A stretch of 54,503 nucleotides of DNA, counting the filler, from Trypethelium eluteriae (lineage: Eukaryota): assembly GCA_051942245.1 (NCBI GenBank). It is 3 parts of 3 records of this genome, joined end to end, with 100 filler letters (N's around TTAATTAATTAA, not from the genome) between each part and the next. Parts side by side here need not be neighbours in the genome. Positions count along the whole stretch, not along the records: positions 18,339 to 36,390 come from JAVECL010000573.1; 2 more parts are not named here. One strand, written 5' to 3'. The position numbers and the translations under genes were made by a program. Shown here in pieces: positions 23,297 to 33,620 of the stretch; position 1 is the stretch's first letter, and the number at the start of each line of letters is the position of its first letter. The notes under the pieces are model-generated. The model was not told the DNA's origin and did not search any database. It saw only the letters and a list, made by a program, of their open reading frames with translations.

Positions 23297-24668
23297 CTAG
23301 CCTCCGGTGCGGAGCGGAGAACTCTTGACGTTGTCATCACTTTCATAGGGATAGCGAGTTGGAGTTGAAGTGTTTGTATTCCGGTCCGATACCAGTGTGC
23401 TACCATCAGACTTGTACAACGGACTCACTTCTGCGCACGATCCGCTTGGTGCCGAAAATGGAAGGGTAGAACAATCGATGAGGCTGAACTGAAGCATGTT
23501 TAAGAACGGCTTGACGGATGGGAGACAAGCCGTGAGCAGACTCATATTGCACGCAGCTCTGATAATATATCAGTCTGTGCCTTTCCATACGTCATGGCTA
23601 TGAAAGGCTACTCACTGTGCCCAGATGGTCAGGGTCACGCTGTACCCTAAAATTTGTGAGCCCGCTTCCAGGTGTGTCAAGTCATCTGAGAATACTCACA
23701 CGTTGGATCCCCGCGCCCCAGGTATTGAGGCAGAAGCGAAAGCTCGACGATGGTGAATACTGGCACACTGCAGAACCGATTAGCGTTGTGCCTCTCTTGA
23801 CCGAACCGTCGTACATTATTCTGGTCCCGAAAATTGCAACAACCGTGACCTTTACACTTGTTTCGAGTTGAATGGTAGCCACGATTACTGGTGGCAACGC
23901 AACAAGCACCAGATCAGTTACAATATCGAAGACGCCTGTAAAGTAGTACAGAGCTCTCTATGGAAAATGTCAGTCCGAGGAGCATCCAGGTCTTCACACG
24001 TACCTGATAAATGCAGGTGTTAGCCAGAAAGCGCCATGGATGTGGTACGCGGCATTGCAAAGCAAGAGCTAAGCTAATGCTGAATGCCCATAACGCAACA
24101 ACGACAATGAGGCCGACACACAATTGCCGCGTGGTCTTTCTTTGGCCCGACGATTCAGCTAGCAAGCGGACGAAGATTGTCAAGTAAGAGATCTTCGCCA
24201 ACGCTACAATCAGGACCGTGAGGATTTGGCTCGCATAAAAAGCCTTGCGGAGGCAGCATTAGTACGTATCATTCTTTCCAGACTGGAGATCTCACCCTGC
24301 TATAAGCATCATATTTATCCGAGGAAAGCGACGATATATGCCGGCCCATGCCATTATTCGCAGCCAGATGTATTGATACCGACTCGAGCGTCAAGAGTAC
24401 CTTTCTGTTGTTTAGCCTACCTGGTGGGATGAAGGTCTGTTGTTCACGACTGACTTACCCATGCTATTAGCAGACACCAATAATCGGGTACAAGGTTCCG
24501 TCTGGTAATAAGTCGTGCGAGTACTGTCAAACTCGTGAGTGAGTAGAAGATCCAGGAAAAAGCCACAATCGCCGGCCCATGGTCTTCTGAAGTGATGGTA
24601 CCATGGGGTGAATAAGTACCCCCATTGCCATGGAAGACAAGCTGCGGTGGAAGATTGAAAGTAGACAT
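23297..24668 (-). CDS. PTH11-like (fungal rhodopsin-domain) 7TM protein, ~7 exons
   Basis: Spliced translation: EDHGPAIVAFSWIF..ARL..DYWCLLIAW|VLLTLESVSIHLAANNGMGRHI|AFYASQILTVLIVALAKIS..QCRVPHPW..C|FDIVTDLVLVALP..FGTRI|..DPTW|..SLLTACLPSVKPFL. Confidence 0.85.
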
Positions 24669-25768
24669 TGTCCGAGGCTCTGCCTGATGATGCGACTACT
24701 CAATCCAACTAAAAATGATTTCGGAGGGACAACGTTATCATGGCAAGGATGTGGTGTTTGTGAGTATTGCTCAGGTGGATTCCGCTTTTGCCTGAGCTAA
24801 AATGAAGCCAACTTCAAGAGGAGTCCAGGCGCGTTCTGGAAAACGCCCATAACCGTATCGGCAATAACGAAGGAACCGCATCACCTTGGTAATCTACGTA
24901 AAAGAGGTGGATGATGTCGCTTATTTTACTCCGGAGAAGGCACTGCCAGGAGCAGAAATGCAGAATTGTTAGGGTATTCATCCCTTATCTTGCTGTCTGC
25001 AGCTCATCATCCGACCGGCATAGCCCTGTCAGGCTTTGATGTTGGGGGCGTCTTATCCCAGTCTTCACTTTGTGCCTGCAATAGTTCGAGATGAGCCTTA
25101 GCAAACCTGGATATGCGAGGTAGGTGTTTCAGGGGACTGAATTGCCCTGCAGTCTTACGTCCCGAAGAGTCGCTATCTCATTGGTGGAGGCTGCATCCAC
25201 CTGCGTCTCTTGCGTTGGTACTACGGCGGCACAGCAGAACGCAGCCGCTCGCTTCCAGCTTGTCTTGCTCGAGATCGACGATATGGTATAATCTCAAATT
25301 GCACAGAGTACTCAGCATGCTTTCTTTTTCTTTCACCCGAGACATCTCGTTTGGGCTTCTGGTATCTATAGTCGAAGAAGATAGCTTGCGCACACACGCC
25401 CCACTATCATGTGCGTCATTGGTAAGAACCTATTCGTTGCTCGTGATATTCTGTTGCTGTTGGACTCCTTTGATCAAGTGTGTGTCTATCAGTAAGACTG
25501 CTGACTGTGGGATTGCGGCGTCGATCTCATCGATTGCCCCTGACACGAGATTGCGCAGCTAATGATAAGCCTCTTTTGTCGACCGAAGAATTACCAAAAA
25601 GTCAGTCTGCATGCAGCTGTCCCACCGGGACTTATATGTCTTGATGTGTCTTTTCGCCGGTTTTCGCTCAACGAACAAATTTTCGGATCATTTCAACCGC
25701 GGTGTAAAAGTCTCAGTTCTTTTCTTAATTTTCCAATGTTTTCAAATGCATATTGCTAGTGTCTCAAA

Positions 25769-27597
25769 ATGACGAATCGAACTCCCAACAGCAATCCGAT
25801 CGAAGCATGTAAATCTGTCCAGTACTCAGAAGAATGGCCTCTGGCGGTGCGGATTGGAAACAACACGTCCAAAGTGGATGGCCACCTCGAGGATCAAAAC
25901 CTGGATATAGATGCTCGGACACTGGCTCTACTTGGTAAGAGACAACGGCTGAGTGTGAGTTACTGGCCTTAAAGGCAGAATCGAAAATGCTAAGGTCTAT
26001 TCGAGCGAAACTTTGGGCTGGTCTCGATAGTGGCTTTTTCCACCACCTTGCAAGCCGCCTGGGCCTCCGTTGCAGTGTAGGTCACCTACACTCTTACAAA
26101 GAATCGAGACTGATCGATGTAGTACTTTCCAAGTCGGCATGGTTAGTGGTGGTCCGGTCAATCTATTTTATGGCCTGATTTTTTGCTGGATTGGTGCAAT
26201 GGCCATTGCCGCATCGCTCGCCGAACTGACTTCTATGTGAGTCATTGCGTTTCTAATTCTAGTTCAGAACGACGACTCAACCTTTCCAGGGCCCCGACCG
26301 CTGGAGCTCAATATCACTGGGTCTCCTTGTTGGCGCCAGTGCGATTTGCGACAATTTTTAGCTGGGTCGCTGGTTGGATTACTGTCTTTGCCCGGATGTC
26401 ACTTTATGCGAGTGCAAGCTTCATCGTTGCTCAACTCATACAGGGCATTGCTGTCTTAAATCATGACAGCTACGAACCAGCTGCTTGGCAGGGAACCCTC
26501 ATATACTGGACGATCTTGCTGATCACCACGACAGTAAACATACTTGGTATTAGGAAATTTCCTCATATTGAGACAATAGCTTTTGTCTTCTTCGTCGCGG
26601 CCTTCTTTGTCGTGTTAGTCCCTCTTGTATATCTAACCCCCCAAAGTACGGCGACTTTCGTTTTTACTGATTTTGAGAATTCTTCTGGATGGAGCAATGA
26701 TGGACTTGTCTGGTTCATTGGCTTAATGAATGCGGCATATACCTTTGTCGGAATCGATGGTACAAGCCATATGAGCGAAGAGGTCATGGGTGCCAACGTC
26801 GTCGTCCCTCGAAGTATGGTCTGGTCTCAATTCATCAACGGTGGGCTGGGGATCGCCATGACCATTGTCATTCTCTTTGGCATTGGAGACATCGCGGCAA
26901 CACTATCGACTAAGACCAAATACCCCATCATTCAGATGCTTCTTGGTGCAACTCAGTCCAAGGGAGCTACCACGGTTATGACTTCCTTTATAGCCATCAT
27001 TATATTCTTCGCAGCTCTTGGGATACTTGCTTCCGCTTCTCGCCTCACTTGGGCCTTTGCCAGAGATAATGGTCTACCGTTTCCGAAATTTTTCGCTCAT
27101 GTAGGCTCAAGACCCATCTCTTCGACATGTCATTGACTGACTCTTCTCAGGTCAACAAAGCCTACCTGATACCTGTTCGTGCGCTGGTACTTGTTGTCTT
27201 CGTTGCTGTGCTGCTGGGCCTCATCAACATTGGCTCCATGACGGCATTCCAGGCCTTCATCTCGCTGTCTCTCATTGGGCTTTATACATCCTACTTTTTA
27301 CCCATCATTCTCCTCGTGTCCCGTCGTTTTGGCCAAAAAGAGGTTCCATTTGGCCCCTGGACGTTGGGAAGGTGGGGACTAGCAATCAATTGTGTTGCGC
27401 TTGTCTACATTACCATTATCGCGACATTCATAGTCTTCCCACCCTATCAACCGGTATCTTGGGATCAAATGAACTATGCAGGGCCAATATTCGGACTTTC
27501 ACTACTTCTCTGTTTGACATTATGGTTGATCTATGGACGAAGGATTTTTATTGGGCCTGTTCATGAGGTTCTTGAGGATAGACATATTAAATCCTAG
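25769..27597 (+). CDS. APC-superfamily amino acid/choline/GABA permease (Hnm1/Uga4-like), multi-exon
   Basis: Motifs LGKRQRL, GGPVNLFYG, SLAELTSM|APTAGAQYHWV, GIDGTSHMSEEV, SRLTWAFARDNGLPF and MNYAGPIF. Confidence 0.9.
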
Positions 27598-28524
27598 TAG
27601 GTCGACGGAATTTTGAGTAGCCTGGGTTTTTGACCTGAAAATTTCATTTTGAGAACACGGATGTAATGCTGTGAATCATACCTAGTCAGGTTCAGTAAGC
27701 ACACGAGGCTGTCATTAATGCTTCACGTATCTGTGATGCCAAGATTCCACCACGTCTGCACCTCGATAAACAGATCATTCTGCAGATAGATGATGCGCTT
27801 TTCCTGCATCCGCGGAGGCTGCTATTGCAGACAAAATGCATCAGGACCTTGTAGATGGAATAGGCAATCGCTTAGATCGGCCGCATCAATCTTCGGCCGC
27901 AGCTTGGAAACGTCCGCATTCAGCTTTCCTCCCCCAGCACAGCCGTGCCACAAGGAGCGGCGATGGAATTATGATGTTGGTGGCTTGAAAGTGATCCCAG
28001 GCTGAGACACACGAGCACGAAAAACCGTTTGCCTTCACCGATATGCTCAGAATCACGATCCGTGGCGCGAAACATGGACTATTGTGGAATTAGAGAAAGC
28101 GAATCAAGATTGAGAAATCAGCGGGTCACAGGTAAAGACGGCTACCTGAATGCCTTTATGCAGGTGATTAACGCTCTCGTCCGTCTGCAGCTTGAGTATT
28201 CCGGTTTGGCCACAGCTATGACGGCAGTGTGCCTGACCGGGTGTGGGATGAGCTGGAATGCTGGCACGATTGACCGGCAACTGTGCCGTAATTCTTGAGA
28301 CTGACCTTTGACGCATCTCCAAATCTTCAGCGAGCGCAAAAAGTCCGGTTTTGTTACTCTGGTATGCCTAGCTGCTGCCTCCGCGATATTTCCATTCGCT
28401 GATTTTAATCATTGCTTCGGACCGGATCTGCTACCTTGGGCTCTTCCTCATTCGAACAGATACAGTAGGCTATACCTGAGCTTCCGTTCCTCGCTTCGAC
28501 CACGTTCTCGACCAAGGGACAAAG

Positions 28525-30039
28525 ATGGCAATTTCACCCACAATCACTCTCGACACCACTTTGACGGAGCTCTACAAGCGGGCGAGCACTAAGAATGCAG
28601 ATAGACGTATTGGTCAGATCTTGACAGGGGCGAATTCAGGCTTGAGTATCACCCCGAACTTTCCACGGAATACGAAATACGTCTATCAGGACAGTCCGTT
28701 CAACAGTGTGCCAAAGAGCGAACTAAACGACGATAACACCGAGCTACAGCGGTCCCTGGCTATGAAGTATCTTTCCCTAGTTCCTCAACGTGATGCATTC
28801 ATCTCTGGGGATACTGCAATCGTCATGTTTCATGTAGACGACTCCGAGGAACAGATCGCACACGACAAATCGGAGGCCGAGAAGTCGATTGAGAGCCTCG
28901 ATCCCCAACAGAAACCGCGATTTGTATTCTGCCCTGGTCCTAGAAAGATTCCTTTCGAAGAGGTTGGAGTTGATGCCTTGGCGTATAAACTTGTGCTGGA
29001 TGGTCTTGACCAGTATCCCCTCATAGTACCCCTAGATAAGCACTGGATCATTAACAGCAAAGGTGTCTTGGCTAACTCTGGATTACCTACACCTAAAGCA
29101 GAGGTCATCGAGACAAGTGGCCATAGCCAAGAAGCAGACCTTTGTTGTGCTGACTGTCAGTCCGGCAATACGATCTTCATTCCTCCCTCTTGCAATGGTG
29201 TCCGCGGAAAATGGCTCAACGAACAGTCCGATCGGATCATATCTGCTATTCGTCAGCGGCCTATCCCATTCGTACTCAAGAACCAGCAAACTTTCGGTGG
29301 CGCCGGAACATACATGGTCAAGAATGAAGAGGACCGCGAGAAAGTCATCAAAGACTTTTCCTCCGATCTCAACCACAAAATGCTTTCACAAATCACTGCG
29401 GAAAACCACCACCTGAAGCCCGGTGCCGTGATTTTGTCAGATCTTGTCTCGGATCCTATCGGTGACTACGGACTGACGTTCTTTGTCACTGATAGGGGCG
29501 ACGCTATCTTCCTTGCCGTCTCGGAGCAAATGATCGATGAGAATAGCGCATGGGTTGGATCCACCATCAATTACTCACGTCAGGACGCCCTTGAGAAGAG
29601 ATTCGCTCCAATCATGAATCAGATCGCGCAATGGCTTCACAGTTATGACTACTATGGTCCTGCTGGTGCTGATATTTTGGAGACGGCTGGCAAACCCAGG
29701 AATGGCGAGCTAAACTCATCCAATCCAGAGTTGCATATCGTTGACCTCAATGTTCGTACTTCTGGGTCGATGTGTCTGCCGCTGATGAAGGGCCATTTCC
29801 AGCGCAGGGGTTTAAGAAGCGCGAGTTCCTTTTCCATTGTTGTCAAGGAGAGCAGAGAGTCTTTCATAAAGCGGTGGCAGAAAGAATTTGAGTCTGGACG
29901 TATGTGCATCCTCTCTTGGTACGAAGATCCGAAGGGTGTGGAGAGCATCGGAGATGTGGTTGTAGGGGCAGAGGACGAGAAGACACTTCAGCAAGAAATT
30001 GAACGAGTGAGAAAGACGACGGACGAAGTTACTTTCTAA
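28525..30039 (+). CDS. Stand-alone ATP-grasp-fold protein (putative carboxylate-amine ligase), intronless, 504 aa
   Basis: ATP-grasp hallmarks NSK..LANSGLPTP, PFVLKNQQTFGGAGTY, GPAGADIL and IVDLNVRTSGS. It resembles fungal proteins I recall annotated as 'solid-state culture-specific ATP-grasp domain protein'. Confidence 0.8.
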   Translation: MAISPTITLDTTLTELYKRASTKNADRRIGQILTGANSGLSITPNFPRNTKYVYQDSPFNSVPKSELNDDNTELQRSLAMKYLSLVPQRDAFISGDTAIVMFHVDDSEEQIAHDKSEAEKSIESLDPQQKPRFVFCPGPRKIPFEEVGVDALAYKLVLDGLDQYPLIVPLDKHWIINSKGVLANSGLPTPKAEVIETSGHSQEADLCCADCQSGNTIFIPPSCNGVRGKWLNEQSDRIISAIRQRPIPFVLKNQQTFGGAGTYMVKNEEDREKVIKDFSSDLNHKMLSQITAENHHLKPGAVILSDLVSDPIGDYGLTFFVTDRGDAIFLAVSEQMIDENSAWVGSTINYSRQDALEKRFAPIMNQIAQWLHSYDYYGPAGADILETAGKPRNGELNSSNPELHIVDLNVRTSGSMCLPLMKGHFQRRGLRSASSFSIVVKESRESFIKRWQKEFESGRMCILSWYEDPKGVESIGDVVVGAEDEKTLQQEIERVRKTTDEVTF

Positions 30040-30359
30040 GGAGATCTTGCAAACATCTGAAATATTGACGGATTGTTCAATTTTAATCATGGCGGGGAAG
30101 ACAGTTCTACAGCGAGGGAAATAGAGAAATTTGTATGTGCTTTAGAATGAACGGGCTGCCAGGGTAGAGGCAAGATCATACAAGTGCCTGGATGAAGTTG
30201 CAAGTATTGGGGAATAGTAATAAAGCTTGCGGATTATCGTGGGAATCAATACCAAACCTTGACTAAATCCAAGGAGAGCAGCCTCTGTGCCTAGACCTCA
30301 AACTCCTTTTCCTGTGTATGAAGTACCTTATCCCAGCCGATTCGATCGTCGTCATCCGG

Positions 30360-31026
30360 TCACAATTTCGCCGTCTCACCTTGCTTGCTCCCCAACTTCG
30401 TCACCACCTCCTCGAAATCCGGGGTGTAACCTGCTCTCTCAACCACCCCACCCCACCTCACTACGCCTTCCCCATCTACAGCAAAATTCCCCGACGTCTG
30501 CCACCGACTCCCGCTCTCAGTCGGCCGATTCCAGATGCCCTCTTGCGTCCCTAGCTGATACAGAGTATACAGGCTACCCGGCGCGAGCACGTGCCAGAAC
30601 GACGCGATACCCAGGCCCCATTTCGCATAGAGTTCACGACCTTCGTCGACTACGAGCTTCAAATTGCTGGGTTCTGGTGACTCGTTGGGCATGGGAGGAA
30701 GAGAGGCGTGCCAATTAGCAGTGGCGGATGGAGAGGAGTGGGAGATGGCAAAGAAGTGGATGTTAGGGTGGAGGGAGGCGCTGGTGCGGAGGTCGTGAAA
30801 GGTCTTTTCGGCGACTGGATGGTCGTTAGATGAAATCGATCAAGATCTGGAAGGACTCACAGGGGCAGCCACAGTGTCTAAGAAAAGTTATGATGATTGG
30901 CTTTCCATCTGGTGGCGGTAGCTCGAGCTTTAGAGTTGATGGGGCTTTGGAGCCGACTGCGGGAGGTTTGGCTGGTTGGGGACCGGAAGTTGAGAACCAC
31001 GATGAAAGCTCAGATTGAAAAGTCAT
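30360..31026 (-). CDS. Thioredoxin-fold peroxiredoxin-like protein (AhpC-TSA_2 / PRXL2-type); exons 31026-30861, 30814-30360
   Basis: Motifs IITFLRHCGCP|FAEKTF, VVDEGRELYAKWGLG and GSRWQTSGNFAVDGEGVVRW. Confidence 0.85.
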
Positions 31027-32196
31027 TCTCAATATTGGTTATCACGACCATTTCAGGGGGAAAAGATGGAAGTCACTCGGACCTGAAAAAAGCCGTGTGG
31101 TGGCCACATTGCTGTCGCTCGAAAAGAAGCGCCATTGCCACGCCAGTTGGTCATGAGCGGGCGGGGTTCTGGAAAGTGTAAGGTACCTATAATCACTGAA
31201 TTTGCGTGAGTAGCCATAGCTAAGTTGATGTCGTCTCTGACCAAGCAATAGACAACTAGGAATATGCTCCAATGCCACTTGAGGGCGACTCAGAGTGTGA
31301 CACTATCGAATATCCAAGCCAAGCATCTAGTAGGTAAACATGTGCACGGTGACCCTCCCAGCCTACTAAAATGCCAAGGATGCTCCCCTGTATGAATTGG
31401 GGCTCAAGTGTTTCGACGTGCTTCAAGAAAACTCCCCTTTCTCCCACTCACGCCACTGTACACATACGGCCACCAAAGACCGTAGTCACGAAGGCAGCGC
31501 TCAATGATCCAATGTCGCGAATCGTCTTTTGTGGCTTTAGAGTTGTTTTGGGAGTCTTTCAAGCGACTGCGTACAAATGATTCTACAGGCCGTTACTTGA
31601 GCTTGCATTGTCTGGGGCCAAGCTCTGCGTTCAATTTTTCTGATTTTCAATTTTGACTTTCAGATCCTTCCTCTCGAAAGACTCGGGCATTAGGATGTTC
31701 GCTTCAGTAGAATTGGGCTCGTCTCTTGGCTTGTGATTCATCTTGTGATGGACGTGAGACTCTGTACATCTGAACAGAATTGGGAACACAAAAACGGTAT
31801 ATGAACTACTCTATCTCAGCGCTTCCTTACATGGCCAGCTTCTATTTGGTACAGTTCAGAGGTTCCCAAGCAAGACTTCAGCTCTTAGACGAAGAGAGCG
31901 ACCATCTCAAATGCCACTGAACCTTGTTCTTCCGGCAAGTATATGATAATTGCAGGATCAGGCTTAGTCTACGGCTGCTCTCACATTTATTCTTCGGTGA
32001 ATCGATTCCATAGCAGGCACGCCCCTCTGAGGGAACAGTCTCGAATCGAGACTGCCTGGGTAGGTAAAGGTAGGCACCTCCCTGCTGAACCCTCAATAAA
32101 GCGCGTCAGACTTACCTTATCTCGACTCGCCATTTTTTTCTATCTCCTCGAGCTGTATCTTCATCGCGGCAGAGTCCATTGCTATCACCGGAGACG

Positions 32197-33524
32197 ATGG
32201 TGTTAAAACTCCTGGGCTTGCCGACAGAGCTAATTCTAAATGTGATAGGACGCCTGGACCCCCCGGAACTCTAGAGTATTCGACTAGCATGTTCTACGCT
32301 GGAGTCGCTGTCCTTACATTAATCCCGCGGGCGACATTGCAGATAGCGAGCATTTAAGCTCACAAGAGCAAGTCTGGAAGCGTTCGTGGGCTTGTTGCGA
32401 CGTCTAGGTGGCAACCTGGATCATATTGGAATCGGAACAAACGCCTTTATCGGAGCCCAGCTCGATGAAACCGCCGAGCAGATTTCATTGGACCAGGCTA
32501 ACGTAGAGTCTCTACGAATGAAGCACGAGGATTCCAAACAGCTTATGGAGACCAAGAATACGTTTTCGAGTCTAGCACGGTGACTTATATGCTTAGAACC
32601 GCGCTTGCAGGTCTCCAGTCCTACGGTTGCATTGACATCTGCACCTGTGACCCTGACTACGACAATAGAGAGGCCACTTTACGGTATACTCGCGAATGGA
32701 AATGGCAAAAGATCAGAGACGAAATAGAATTTCTCTACCCTGGATATGGAAGACAAGTCGCGCTTCAGTAGATTGTCACTATCGTTCTGACCTCCATTGC
32801 GGCAAGCCAAGCTGCTACTTGGAAATTTTGCTTTACGAGTGATCAACGCCACTGTGTGAATGGGGTATTGATCAAGACGATTGACCTTCCATAACTTCAG
32901 CTACAATAGCTTTCTAGAGCCTTCGAGAATTTGCATACTCCTGATCTCAAGTTTGAGGCTCCCAGAGCAAAAGGAAGGCGACGTCCTCCGCCCTTAGGGA
33001 TGCAAAGCGAACCTGTCGACTTCTTTCCACGATGCCAGCTCTGAGACAACTCTCATTTGGCTTTGTCGAGAAGAAAGATACAGACTTGATAGTGCTGGGA
33101 CTCTTCGATGTCGCGTCCTCCCATCTTCACCGCCTGCACGTACACGACTTTGTTGCGACTAGCTTAAATCTCATAATATTCTTCGACAAAGACAGCAATA
33201 CATATTACGGAGCCTGGATTGGTGGGATTGGACTATCCGGGCGTACTTGTGCCAGATTCCTTCTAAGTATCATCCATTCGGGCCTTTCACTGGAGAAAAT
33301 TTGCATCAGAAGCCTTTCTGATCGATCGGGAGCGATCTTGTTTGATCACAGTTCTCCCGAATGTCCGAGGATTTCACGAGGTCCAATTCATGGATAGCGT
33401 CAAAAAGGCCTCTGAGGAAGCTAATATGCTGCGAGTGATGCGCCAAATTCCTCCTGTATTCTCGAAGTGCAGGAACTTGAAGCTAGCTGCCAGTAACGGC
33501 TCAATGATTCATCTGAATTCTTAG
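32197..33524 (+). pseudogene. Decayed F-box domain protein gene
   Basis: F-box-like start MVLKLLGLPTELILNVIGRLD..L*SIRLACSTL. In-frame stops at 32272, 32320, 32344, 32769, 32892 and 32907, plus frameshifts near ~32575 and ~33000. Later LRR-like segments AFENLHT and MPALRQLSFGF. Confidence 0.72.
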
Positions 33525-33620
33525 TTCTTATTGCTCTGGACAGATCAATGCATCTATATTTGCTGTATAAAGATACTATCTCCAATACTCTAACAAGCCG
33601 ACCAACATTCGGCAAAGTAA

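Noticed and set aside
32197..33524. Stop-codon readthrough, A-to-I editing or an alternative genetic code rescuing the F-box gene
   Set aside because: Frameshifts and mixed TAA/TAG stops are present, and other genes in the window use TAA/TAG as normal stops.
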